From Proteiniphilum sp. (lineage in GTDB: Bacteria > Bacteroidota > Bacteroidia > Bacteroidales > Dysgonomonadaceae), in NCBI GenBank assembly GCA_039683155.1, contig JBDKRY010000154.1:1-38334 (forward strand): 38,334 nucleotides of DNA. Direction: 5' to 3'. Positions 1-9,096 of this stretch are shown one piece after another. Within the stretch, counting starts at the first letter, position 1. Every line of letters starts with the position of its first letter. The notes beneath the pieces were generated by a model. That model was not told where the DNA came from and ran no database searches. It saw only the letters and a program-made list of their open reading frames with translations. A program made the position numbers and the translations under genes.

Positions 1-778
1 ATTTGAAACATTGTATTTAGGGCACTGGTCTTATCCTGAAATGCAAGAGGCTTTTGGCTGGAGTATAGAGCAATACATTTACTTTGGTGGGTATCCGGGA
101 TCTGCTTCGCTGATTAATGATGAAGAACGGTGGAAAAACTACATAAAGGATTCATTGATAGAAACCAGTATCTCCAAAGATATTTTAATGCTGACACGAG
201 TTGATAAGCCTGCTTTACTGAAAAGGTTGTTTGAGTTGGGGTGTCTGTATTCCGGTCAAATTCTTTCCTATACCAAGATGCTAGGACAACTTCAAGATGC
301 AGGCAATACAACTACATTAGCGAATTACTTAAAGTTACTATCGGATTGTGGATTATTGGGGGGGTTAGACAAGTATGCCGGAGATATAATTCGTAAGCGA
401 GGTTCAAGTCCCAAATTCCAGGTATATAACAACGCTTTGATTACTTCTCAAAGTAATGATACTTATGAAAGAGCAATCATTAACCCAAAATTATGGGGAC
501 GACTGGTTGAATCTTCTGTTGGAGCACACTTGCTCAATTACGCTCCTTCTAAAAGATATAATATCTATTATTGGCGTGAAGCCAATTACGAGGTTGACTT
601 CGTGCTGGAAAAAGGTGATAAGATAATTGGTCTTAAAGTGAAAAGCGGAATGAAAGCCGAAAATGCAGGAATAGGGATATTTGCAGAAAGGTTTCATCCT
701 GAAAAAGTATTACTTGTTGGAACAGGAGGAATACCATACGAAGAGTTTTTGAAGATGAACCCAAAAGAGTTGTTTTAG
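1..778 (+). CDS. AAA+ ATPase (AAA_14 + DUF4143 C-terminal PD-(D/E)xK-like domain), 5'-partial
   Basis: Frame is open from the window start (FETLYLGHWS...). Motifs YIYFGGYPG, GRLVES, YYWRE..EVDFV..KVKSG are typical of AAA_14/DUF4143 proteins. Confidence 0.85.
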   Translation, partial: FETLYLGHWSYPEMQEAFGWSIEQYIYFGGYPGSASLINDEERWKNYIKDSLIETSISKDILMLTRVDKPALLKRLFELGCLYSGQILSYTKMLGQLQDAGNTTTLANYLKLLSDCGLLGGLDKYAGDIIRKRGSSPKFQVYNNALITSQSNDTYERAIINPKLWGRLVESSVGAHLLNYAPSKRYNIYYWREANYEVDFVLEKGDKIIGLKVKSGMKAENAGIGIFAERFHPEKVLLVGTGGIPYEEFLKMNPKELF

Positions 779-931
779 GAACATTTCAATGAGTTACTGC
801 CATGAAAAAAGATTTCAACTATTAAAAGTTTATTCAGTACGTTCATAAACAGTGTTTACATTCTATTTAATTTACTGATCAGTATAGGGATAGGACAATT
901 TAAGTACCGAGGGTTCGAAACTAAACAAGGA

Positions 932-1069
932 TGTTCACTATTTATCATTGTTCATTATTTGTGAACAAGCCTGTAAAATGAACAAAAATACACGAATTTG
1001 CTTGTATATTGAATTTTGTTCACTATATTTGCATGTTCATTATTTGTGAACACATCTATAAAATGAACA
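932..1069 (+). promoter_or_regulatory. Two 53-bp operator-like direct repeats (932-984, 1017-1069), each TGTTCA-N11-TGTTCA-N7-TGAACA-N11-TGAACA, overlapping a TATATTTG -7 promoter (1024-1031)
   Basis: Read directly: tgttcactatttatcattgttcattatttgtgaacaagcctgtaaaatgaaca vs tgttcactatatttgcatgttcattatttgtgaacacatctataaaatgaaca. Immediately upstream of and overlapping the antitoxin start. Confidence 0.8.
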
Positions 1070-2076
1070 TGGTTATGAGAAATAATATAATTAATAAGGT
1101 CTTAGAGTACCTGGAAGCAATGATAGGCAATGAGAATATCGCTGTTGAAAGGAAAATAGTTTCCGGTTTTGATGGTACTATCCGAATAAAAGGAATAGAA
1201 TTTTTGTACACCTGTAAAAACACTGTAACAAGCAGTAATTTCGGCAGCGTCCAAAAAGAACTAATGAAACTGCAAAAACATACAGATAAGCCCATACTGT
1301 TTGTTGTGGGCAGTATTTATCCAGCCTTAGCCAAGGAATTGGTCGAAAAAGGGTTTCATTATATAGATACTGCCGGAAACTGTGATATTAGAGAAAAGGA
1401 TGTTTTGCTATACGTGGAAGGAAAAAGAAATGCCAACAACGGTATTGCCAATGACAAAAAAATGAAAGGTCGATTATTTCAAGTTGCCGGGTTGAAAATA
1501 ATTTTTGAATTATTGAACAACCCAAAACTGACACAACAGCCCTATCGGGAAATTCAGCAAGTAACGGATGTGTCGCTGGGATCCATAAATATCGTTATGA
1601 AAGAACTTGAAAACAGCAATTTCTTAGTTTTGTCTGAAAGGGGTAAATTACTGAAAAACAAAAAACAGCTTTTAGACCGATGGGTAATTGGCTACAATGA
1701 AACGTTGAAGCCGAAGCTACTAAAACACAGAATGACATTCAAAAACGAGAATATTAAAAGAGCGTGGAACCAAATAACACTTCCAACCGAAACTCATTGG
1801 GGGGGAGAACCGGGTGCAAGCGTTAAATCAGGGTATTTGCTACCGGAAATTTTCACGATATATTCCAACCGGAATGTTGGTGAATTGGTAAAAGCAGGAT
1901 TTCGTCCCAAAGACGATGGCGAAATATTTGTTTATCAAAAGTTTTGGGTTAACACATCTGTACAAAAAACAGTTCCACCGCTGTTGATTTATGCAGATTT
2001 GATGGGAAGTGGAATTAGCCGAAATATCGAAACTGCACAAATAATATTAGAAAATGAATTACAATATATCAAGTGA
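1063..2076 (+). CDS. Type IV toxin-antitoxin antitoxin, AbiEi family (wHTH transcriptional regulator)
   Basis: YIDTAGN, HTH-like PYREIQQVTDVSLGSIN, WGGEPGA and C-terminal VPPLLIYADL motifs. Overlaps the downstream nucleotidyltransferase gene. Start moved to ATG 1063 (1069/1075 also possible), downstream of the -7 box. Confidence 0.8.
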   Translation: MNMVMRNNIINKVLEYLEAMIGNENIAVERKIVSGFDGTIRIKGIEFLYTCKNTVTSSNFGSVQKELMKLQKHTDKPILFVVGSIYPALAKELVEKGFHYIDTAGNCDIREKDVLLYVEGKRNANNGIANDKKMKGRLFQVAGLKIIFELLNNPKLTQQPYREIQQVTDVSLGSINIVMKELENSNFLVLSERGKLLKNKKQLLDRWVIGYNETLKPKLLKHRMTFKNENIKRAWNQITLPTETHWGGEPGASVKSGYLLPEIFTIYSNRNVGELVKAGFRPKDDGEIFVYQKFWVNTSVQKTVPPLLIYADLMGSGISRNIETAQIILENELQYIK

Positions 2077-2629
2077 AAACCTCAATAATCCGCTGTTAAA
2101 AGAACTGTTACATACGCTCAGCAAATATTTTGAAGAAAAAAATCTTAAATTTTATGTCATCGGAGCAACGGCTCGCGATATTCTTATCCGCTATTTTAGT
2201 AGATCACAATCTTTGCGGCGTACGCGAGATTTAGACATCGCCATAGCCATTCCCAATTGGGACAGATTTGAGGAAATAACACGAGAGATATCATCCATGC
2301 CTGACTTTGTCAAATCACAACATCAAAAACAGCGCTTCTTTTACAAAGATGTGTATGAATTGGATATCGTCCCATTCAGCAAAGTAGCCAAAGAAGACGG
2401 CTATATCTACTGGCCACCCGATGAAGAAATCGGAATGTCGGTAAAAGGATTTTCTTATGTGCTAAAAGATGCCGTAACATTCAGCATTGATAGTGAGTTT
2501 GAGATTAGTGTGGCATCTTTGCCGGCACTGTTCATTTTAAAGTTTGAAGCTTGGACGGTATGGGCGGTTATGAATATGGAGCGAGAATTGCGGAGCTTGT
2601 TGTCCGTGAAATTGTTTCATCTATTTTGA
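2054..2629 (+). pseudogene. AbiEii-family nucleotidyltransferase toxin, C-terminally truncated at ~2554
   Basis: N-terminal IGATARD...RRTRDLD...LDIVPF motifs are present. Family-like sequence ends at FILKFEAW; the remaining ~24 codons are out-of-frame PP2C sequence. The C-terminal KDxxD region is absent. Confidence 0.75.
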
Positions 2630-3084
2630 AAAATATACCCATCAACGGCTATAAAAAGCTAATTTTAACGCAGGCAATGGAGCAAGCCAATTCCATTGTG
2701 GAGCGTGAAACTTATAAATTGCACGCAAAATTGGGATGTGCCGTGTCGGTTTGCCTGTTTGTTGACAATCATATGTATTTTAGCTGGTTAGGTAATGTGA
2801 GAATTTATCAGATACGCGACAAATCTATCACTCAACTAACCCAAGATCACGTTTTGCCCGGGTATCCAACTATTTTAACTCGATGTATCAACGGAAAACA
2901 TTTTGAAAAGACAATACCGCATACTGCTTGTCGGATAAAATCCGATGACCGCTATGTTATATGTACGGATGGATTTTATAATTATGTGGATGAGCAAACA
3001 ATTACCGAAAAAAGACTTTGCGAATTTATCTCAAATTTAAAATTGGATGATGATGCATCCGTTATCGAAATAACAGTTCTATAA
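2551..3084 (+). pseudogene. PP2C-family Ser/Thr phosphatase lacking its N-terminus
   Basis: Begins directly at DGMGG. Has WLGNVRIY, QLTQDH, ICTDGFY and DDAS motifs. The upstream RxxNED motif 1 is missing and a TGA (2545-2547) closes the frame just upstream. Confidence 0.75.
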
Positions 3085-3401
3085 TTACTGTGATTTTAAA
3101 AAACCAAAATTAAGTTTGCGCATATTATCGTGTATTTTACACATTACTATTGGGTTAAGTAAGCAATAACCATTAAATCTATTAAGAGTTGTTTATTTTT
3201 ATGTCCTGAACTGAGAATCAAGGCATCGCAAGCACTGACAGCCTGTTGTTTATTGACTGAGTGCTCCGATTTGAGCTGAGGAGCCGTTAATTAATCTTAA
3301 ATCTTTTAGTTACTAACTAGTTAGTAGCCAAAAGAAGTTTTTGGTGTATTTAATGGCTTTTAGTTGGCTTTTTCGTACCTATTAAGTGTTTTTGTGGCAC
3401 T

Positions 3402-3438
3402 AAAAAAAGCCCTGTAAAACGTTGTTTTATAGGGCTTT
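3402..3438 (-). terminator. Rho-independent terminator downstream of tRNA-Asp
   Basis: Hairpin aaagccctgtaaaac / gttttatagggcttt, with a T-run on the minus strand. Confidence 0.7.
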
Positions 3439-3463
3439 GTGTTGATTATCAATAATTTATCTG

Positions 3464-3537
3464 CGGTATGGACGGGACTCGAACCCGCGACCCCCTGCGT
3501 GACAGGCAGGTATTCTAACCAGCTGAACTACCACACC
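3464..3537 (-). tRNA. tRNA-Asp (GTC)
   Basis: Reverse complement GGTGTGGTAGTTCAGCTGGTTAGAATACCTGCCTGTCACGCAGGGGGTCGCGGGTTCGAGTCCCGTCCATACCG: cloverleaf, anticodon GTC, CCA not encoded. Confidence 0.97.
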
Positions 3538-3612
3538 GTTTGTTGGTCATTTGCTATCTTCTCTGCGCCGGAGCGTCTCTGCCCTCCTGAACGCATCTTC
3601 CGATAGCGAGTG

Positions 3613-3620
3613 CAAAGGTA
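3613..3620 (-). promoter_or_regulatory. Bacteroidetes -7 promoter element for tRNA-Asp
   Basis: TACCTTTG on the minus strand, ~75 nt upstream of the tRNA. Confidence 0.6.
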
Positions 3621-3698
3621 AGCAAATTTTCCAACTCGCAAAATAAATTGCATAGATTTTTCTACTATTTACCGTAAAAAACGTGCACCGGCTACCAC

Positions 3699-5807
3699 CT
3701 ACTTCAACCACTGGTCGAACCAGCGGAAGAACTCGCGCTGAAACAGCACACCATTCTGCGGCTTCAAGATCCAGTGGTTCTCATCGGGGAACACCAACAT
3801 GCGCGACGGAATACCGCGCAGCTGTGCAGCGTTGAACGCCATCATGCCCTGCGATGCCAGGATGCGGTAGTCGAGCTCCCCGTGGGTGATCATAATGGGG
3901 GTGTCCCACTTCGCTACAAAACGATGGGGAGAGTTCTCGTAGGTACGCTGCGCCACAGCGTTAGTCTTATCCCAGTAAGGGCCGCCCATGTCCCAGTTGG
4001 CGAACCACATCTCCTCAGTCTCGAGGTACTGTGCTTCGAGGTTGAAGATGCCGGCGTGCGACAGGAATGCTTTGAAGCGCCCGTCGTGGTTGCCCGCGAG
4101 CCAGTAGACCGAGAAGCCGCCGTAGCTGGCGCCGGTGCAGCCTAACCTGTTTTCATCCACGTAGGGTTCTTTCGCCAGCGCATCGATGGCCGAGAGATAA
4201 TCTTTCATATTCTGACCGCCATAGTCGCCGCTGATCTGCTCCAGCCACTCCTGACCGAAGCCGGGGAGGCCGCGCCGGTTGGGGGCCACCACAATATACC
4301 CGTTGGCGGCCATCATCTGCAGGTTCCAGCGGTAGGACCAGAACTGACTCACCATGCTCTGTGGCCCGCCCTCGCAATAGAGCAGTGCGGGATATTTCTT
4401 TGCCGGGTCGAAGTCGGGAGGATAAACCACCCAGGTAAGCATCTGCTTCCCGTCGGTGGTCTCAATGCGGCGTTCCTCCACCTCGCCCATCCGAAGCTGT
4501 GAAAGGATCTCCCTGTTTTCGAACGACAGCTCGGTGGCATCGCCCGTAGCGATATCTACCGCATAGATCTCGGTAGGTTGCGACAGGGACTGCCGAGTGG
4601 CAATAAGGTTGTTGCTGCCCACGGCTACAGCGGTATAGTTGCAGGGGCCCCGGGTGACGGGCGTGATCTGCCGCGTGGTGATATCTGCTGCGTAGATTTG
4701 CGTGGTACCTTCCACAGGAGCCACCATATAGATGGTTTTGTTGTCGCTGCCCCAGGTGAAGGCATCGGTATTGTAGTCGAAGTCTTCGGTGACATAGCTC
4801 TTCTCGCCGGTGGTAAGGTCCAACACGAACAGGCGGTTTTTGTCCGACTCGTAGCCGTCGCGCTCCATGCTCTGCCAGGCAAGGCGTGTGCCGTCGGGTG
4901 AAAACTGCGGGTTAACATCGTACCCCGGCATCCCCTCCGTCATGTTGCGGGTGCGTCCGCTCTCCAGGTCATAAAAGTAGATGTCGGAGTTGGTGGAGAG
5001 GGTATATTCCTTGCCTGTTTTCTTGCGGGAGGTGTAGGCGATGATCTTGCTGTCGGGGCTCCAGGCTAGCTGCTCCATGCCGCCGAAGGGTGCCATGGGT
5101 GATTCGTAGGGTTCCCCTTCAAGCAGGTCCTTGATGTTGGTCAGTGTGTTGCCGTTGATATCCGCCACAAAGGGATGCGGTACGTTCTCCACCCAGTGAT
5201 CCCAGTGCTTGTACATCAGGTCATCCACCACGCGTCCCGAAGCTTCGGGCAGGTCCGGGTAACGGTCGCCGGCAGTGACAGTGGTCTTCACTGGCCTTAC
5301 GAACAGCACCTTTGTGCCGGCGGGCGCATAGGCGAACCCATCGATACCCTCCTCCACGTGCGATACCTGCGTCAGCCCTCCTCCGTCGGGGTTGATGGTC
5401 CATATCTGGGAAGTACCGGTTTCGTTGCTCAGGAAGGCAATCTTCTTTCCACCTTCTATCCACTGAGGGTTGCTTTCCTGCGTGTTGGTGACGGTAAGCT
5501 GTTTCTTTTCAGAGCCGTCGCTCTTCATGATGAAGAGCTCAGCATTGGTCTTATTCCGTGAGATGCTCACGTAAGTGACCGGGTAGAGAAGGTGAGATTT
5601 ATCGGGCGACACCATTACGTTCCCCACCCTGCCGAAGCTGTACAGCACCTCGGGCGTCATGAGGTCGTTCTCTATGGTGGGAGTGGCTTTGCCGATGATA
5701 TCACTCAGTTCCTTGTCGTTTTTATTTTTATCCGGTCCTTTTGTTGCCTGGTTGCAGGAGAGCAGACCACTTAGTAAAATTGCCATAAATAGTATGTTTC
5801 TCTTCAT
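3699..5807 (-). CDS. dpp5: S9 family peptidase (dipeptidyl-peptidase 5-like), predicted lipoprotein
   Basis: Lipobox LLSC, PD40 beta-propeller repeats, CEGGPQ, catalytic GASYGG, D in GELDYR, H in DENHW. Confidence 0.85.
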   Translation of the reverse strand: MKRNILFMAILLSGLLSCNQATKGPDKNKNDKELSDIIGKATPTIENDLMTPEVLYSFGRVGNVMVSPDKSHLLYPVTYVSISRNKTNAELFIMKSDGSEKKQLTVTNTQESNPQWIEGGKKIAFLSNETGTSQIWTINPDGGGLTQVSHVEEGIDGFAYAPAGTKVLFVRPVKTTVTAGDRYPDLPEASGRVVDDLMYKHWDHWVENVPHPFVADINGNTLTNIKDLLEGEPYESPMAPFGGMEQLAWSPDSKIIAYTSRKKTGKEYTLSTNSDIYFYDLESGRTRNMTEGMPGYDVNPQFSPDGTRLAWQSMERDGYESDKNRLFVLDLTTGEKSYVTEDFDYNTDAFTWGSDNKTIYMVAPVEGTTQIYAADITTRQITPVTRGPCNYTAVAVGSNNLIATRQSLSQPTEIYAVDIATGDATELSFENREILSQLRMGEVEERRIETTDGKQMLTWVVYPPDFDPAKKYPALLYCEGGPQSMVSQFWSYRWNLQMMAANGYIVVAPNRRGLPGFGQEWLEQISGDYGGQNMKDYLSAIDALAKEPYVDENRLGCTGASYGGFSVYWLAGNHDGRFKAFLSHAGIFNLEAQYLETEEMWFANWDMGGPYWDKTNAVAQRTYENSPHRFVAKWDTPIMITHGELDYRILASQGMMAFNAAQLRGIPSRMLVFPDENHWILKPQNGVLFQREFFRWFDQWLK

Positions 5808-5814
5808 ATTGTAT

Positions 5815-5996
5815 GTTGTCAGGATTTAGTTCTCAGTGTTCAGTTGTCAGTATTCAGTTCTCAGTATTCAGTTGTCAGGATTCAGTTCTCAGGATTCAGT
5901 TGTCAGAATTTAGTTCTCAGAATTTAGTTGTAAGGATTCAGTTCTCAGTGTTCAGTTCTCAGGATTCAGTTCTCAGGATTCAGTTCTCAGTGTTCA
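5815..5996. repeat. Tandem array of 13 x 14-bp units (GTT(C/G)TCAGnnTT(C/T)A), i.e. ~26 heptamers
   Basis: Counted directly. Fills the gap between the lolD-like gene and dpp5, ending 7 nt before the dpp5 ATG. Confidence 0.95.
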
Positions 5997-6021
5997 GTTT
6001 GTTCTAATTCCTAAGTACAGA

Positions 6022-6681
6022 TTACTGACTACTGATTATCACTCCGTCCCTCATATGGATGATTCTGTCGGTGAGTGACGCCAGATGCTCGTCGTGGGTG
6101 ACGATGACAAAGGTCTGGTTGAGTTTATCACGCAGTTCGAAGAAGAGGTTGTGCAGTTCTTCCTTGTTGTCGGTGTCGAGGCTGCCCGACGGTTCATCGG
6201 CGAACACCACCAGGGGATCGTTGATCAGCGCCCGGGCCACCGCCACACGCTGCTTCTCACCGCCCGACAGTTCTGCAGGCTTATGATCGGTGCGTGCCGC
6301 AAGACCCATCATCTGCAGCAGCTCACGTGCCTTCCCTTCCGCATCGGAGTGTTTCACCCTGCCGATGAGCGCGGGAATCATCACGTTCTCCAGCGCCGTG
6401 AACTCGGGCAGCAGTTGGTGAAACTGAAATACGAAGCCGATATTTTTATTCCGAAAATCGGACATCTTCTTCTCAATCAGCCTGTTCACCGCATGACCAT
6501 CGATGTTGACACTGCCCGAATCGGCTTTTTCCAGCGTACCCAGGATCATCAACAGCGTGGTCTTGCCGGCACCACTGGGTCCCACAATGGAGACAATTTC
6601 TCCCTTCTCTACCTCCAGATCGATGCCTTTCAGCACCTGGAGGGAGCCAAAGCTCTTTGTAATATTTTTTGCTTTAATCAT
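6022..6681 (-). CDS. lolD: ABC transporter ATP-binding protein, LolD-like
   Basis: [28 protein letters not shown] (LolD motif), [14 protein letters not shown]. Confidence 0.8.
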   Translation of the reverse strand: MIKAKNITKSFGSLQVLKGIDLEVEKGEIVSIVGPSGAGKTTLLMILGTLEKADSGSVNIDGHAVNRLIEKKMSDFRNKNIGFVFQFHQLLPEFTALENVMIPALIGRVKHSDAEGKARELLQMMGLAARTDHKPAELSGGEKQRVAVARALINDPLVVFADEPSGSLDTDNKEELHNLFFELRDKLNQTFVIVTHDEHLASLTDRIIHMRDGVIISSQ

Positions 6682-6994
6682 CTGCTTTATCTGTCGGCAT
6701 GCTTATTGTAAGTCGGTCACCACATAATGCTGCATTGCCCGGACAACCCCATCATCCCATTCACGCAAGATATCCGATGTGCGAAGATAAGAAAAATGGA
6801 TCACTCTGAAAACATTCTCTCTGTTTTTACGGCAAAATATTTTACGCATTATTAACGACCTCCCGTTGGGAGAGTTTACCCGCCGACCGCTATATTTGCA
6901 CTGTATGTGGTTCCGCTCCAGTACGGTCACTACCGGTACCCAACGAAACAGTGCCAAAGGACGGAGAAAAGGGATCAAAAAAAAATCACAGTGT

Positions 6995-7633
6995 ATGGAC
7001 GAATTAAGCAAGATGCGACAGGAGTATGATGCAGGACCGCTGGAAGAGCAGCTGATGGCGGCTGATCCCCTGGAGACATTCACAGAATGGATGTATGATG
7101 CAATCACTTTCGGCATGAAGGAACCCAATGCCATGACATTGGCTACGGCAACGACCGACGGAAAGCCGTCGGCACGGGTGGTGCTGTTGAAGGAGGTGAA
7201 TATTGAAGGGTTCGTGTTCTTCACCAATTACCTGAGTCGCAAGGGGGGGGAGCTGCTGATCAATCCCCAGGCGGCAGTGGTGTTCGACTGGCACGACATG
7301 GCACGGCAGGTGCGTGTGGAAGGGCGTGTGGAAAAGCTTCCGGCTGAGGAGTCGGATGCCTACTTCGATGCACGCCCCGAGAATGCAAAGATCGGCGCAT
7401 GGACATCGCCCCAGAGTAAGATGGTGAAGGACCGCACCGAGATTGAACAACTGCAGCGGGAGACGAAACAACGGTTTGCCGGAAAGAGCATCCCCCGTCC
7501 GGGCCACTGGGGCGGCTTCCTTATCAGGCCAACGGTGGTGGAGTTCTGGCAGGGACGACCCGATCGGCTTCACGACCGCATCGTTTATTATAAGACGGAG
7601 GAGGGTTGGAGCAAACACCGCCTGGCTCCCTGA
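6995..7633 (+). CDS. pdxH: Pyridoxamine 5'-phosphate oxidase
   Basis: PNAMTLAT, PSARVVLLK, FFTNYLSRKG, EFWQGRPDRLHDR, RLAP C-terminus. Start set at ATG 6995, downstream of TATATTTG (6891-6898). Confidence 0.95.
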   Translation: MDELSKMRQEYDAGPLEEQLMAADPLETFTEWMYDAITFGMKEPNAMTLATATTDGKPSARVVLLKEVNIEGFVFFTNYLSRKGGELLINPQAAVVFDWHDMARQVRVEGRVEKLPAEESDAYFDARPENAKIGAWTSPQSKMVKDRTEIEQLQRETKQRFAGKSIPRPGHWGGFLIRPTVVEFWQGRPDRLHDRIVYYKTEEGWSKHRLAP

Positions 7634-7635
7634 GA

Positions 7636-8325
7636 CTACACAATGATTTTATTTTTGGGCACGGTAGCCACAAACTCTTTCAGATAAAAAGGTTCAAAAT
7701 AGGCGCTGTCCACAAAGTCACCGGCAGCAAAAGCCTCCCTGGCGAGCGGGATCATACCCGATGCCAGCGGATATACATCGTCGATAAAAAGAGCATTGGG
7801 ATGGGTAAGATGCGACTTGCACTTCTCCGCACCGTTGCCGAAGAACACCACCTTGTTTACGGCCAGCAAATCGGCGTAGCTCCCCTCTTCCACGATATCG
7901 GCCGAGGTGGCGCGCAGGCTCTGCAGCGAATGATTGAAAAAGGTGGCGTAGACCTCCATGCGCCGGGCATCGATCATCGGACAAAGCAATGCTTCCTCAG
8001 CTACGCTCCCACGGATCATTGAAGCCATGATGAGCGGTGTGGGCAAAGCGATCAAGGGAATACCCAGCCCGTAGCTGAGTCCCTTTGCTTCCGAGACGCC
8101 GATACGCAGTCCCGTGTAGGAACCGGGACCACTGCTCACGGCAACGGCATCCAATGTGAGTTTTTGCTCGCGGACAAATGTCATGAGCTCATGTACAAAG
8201 AGTCCCAGCAGGGATGCGTGCGACTGACCCCGGAAGTCTTCGCGGGTAAGGAGCAGCTCACCATCGCGCGACAGTGCACAGGAGCAGACTGGAGTAGCAG
8301 TTTCAATGGAGAGAATAACGGGCAT
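7636..8325 (-). CDS. tsaB: tRNA threonylcarbamoyladenosine biosynthesis protein TsaB
   Basis: ILSIETAT, GPGSYTGLRIG, MIDARRMEVY, EPFYLK. Start at ATG 8325. Confidence 0.95.
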   Translation of the reverse strand: MPVILSIETATPVCSCALSRDGELLLTREDFRGQSHASLLGLFVHELMTFVREQKLTLDAVAVSSGPGSYTGLRIGVSEAKGLSYGLGIPLIALPTPLIMASMIRGSVAEEALLCPMIDARRMEVYATFFNHSLQSLRATSADIVEEGSYADLLAVNKVVFFGNGAEKCKSHLTHPNALFIDDVYPLASGMIPLAREAFAAGDFVDSAYFEPFYLKEFVATVPKNKIIV

Positions 8326-8388
8326 ACGAATGGGTGAAAAATTGAGCGGGTAAAGGTAGTAAAAAAATGGCTTGTTCGGGTACAGGAC

Positions 8389-8419
8389 AAAAAAAAACTG
8401 CATCACGCGGATGCAGTTT
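8389..8419 (-). terminator. Rho-independent terminator after the RRM gene
   Basis: aaactgcatc-acgcg-gatgcagttt hairpin followed by a long T-run on the minus strand. Confidence 0.75.
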
Positions 8420-8446
8420 AACTTTTTGAATCTTTTCCGAATTCAA

Positions 8447-8764
8447 TTAATACCTGTTTCTGTCACGGTTACCGTAACCTCCGCCACCACGGCTGTTGCT
8501 TCTTGGAGCACGTTCGCCTTCCGTACGTGGACGAGCTACAGATACGGAGAGTGTACGTCCGTCGTATTCCGCATCGATGAGTTCTTCAATGGCATGTTGT
8601 CCTTCTTCATCGTTGGACATCTCTACAAAACCGTACCCTTTAGAGCGACGGCTGTCTCGGTCAGTAATGATTTTTGCTGAGGATACTTCACCATACTCCT
8701 CAAACAGTTCTTTTAAATCGGCATCAGTAATCTGATAACTTAAGCCAGCTACAAAAATGTTCAT
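8447..8764 (-). CDS. RRM-domain RNA-binding protein with Gly/Arg-rich tail
   Basis: RNP2 IFVAGL, RNP1 KGYGFVEM, tail RGGGGYGNRDRNRY. Confidence 0.93.
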   Translation of the reverse strand: MNIFVAGLSYQITDADLKELFEEYGEVSSAKIITDRDSRRSKGYGFVEMSNDEEGQHAIEELIDAEYDGRTLSVSVARPRTEGERAPRSNSRGGGGYGNRDRNRY

Positions 8765-9096
8765 GTAAAATAATTAAAATAAAAATAATAAGTAAATTCT
8801 GCAGAAGTTCTTCGATAAGAGGAGTTAGAAAATAACTTAACAAACGTGAAGTAACTAAATAACGGCCACTAAAAAAATACTTTTGCGGAACAAAGATAGA
8901 CATAAAATATTTGCTGCAAAATATTTTTGAGAAAAATCGATCAAAAAAAACGAAAAAAGACAAAAAACACCTTTTTCCCTCACTTTCAGCGGGTAAAAAG
9001 GTGTACAGAAAAAAAGGTTATAAGGGCTTTCTTCATAAAAATTTCTTTACTTTTGTGGAAACCAAACTGGCAACAAAGATACATATTTTTTATAAA

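Larger units (their letters stand above)
1..3463. mobile_element. Right end of an AT-rich genomic (defence-type) island abutting the 3' end of tRNA-Asp; left end outside the window
   Basis: Visibly AT-rich sequence switches to GC-rich core sequence at the tRNA. Cargo is ATPase/TA/phosphatase genes. No integrase or second att site is visible in the window. Confidence 0.65.

Noticed and set aside
802-870. Short ATG-initiated stretch after the ATPase (MKKDFNY*...) as a gene remnant
   Set aside because: Too short and interrupted to assign to any family by eye.
2536-2547. Slippery-like heptamer T TTA AAG that might give a programmed -1 toxin-PP2C fusion
   Set aside because: The -1 frame reads GTT then TGA (2545-2547) before reaching the PP2C codons, so no fusion can form; a deletion junction explains the overlap better.
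2551-3084. TerY-P triad defence system suggested by the PP2C gene
   Set aside because: No vWA (TerY) or kinase gene is present, and the DGMGG motif is of the generic PrpC type.
5813-6007. 64-aa ORF and possible CRISPR-like array
   Set aside because: The ORF is a by-product of the stop-free strand of the heptamer repeat. Units are contiguous with no unique spacers and there are no cas genes.
6703-7227. 174-aa minus-strand ORF upstream of lolD
   Set aside because: Largely antisense to pdxH and runs through the divergent promoter region; no recognisable motifs.
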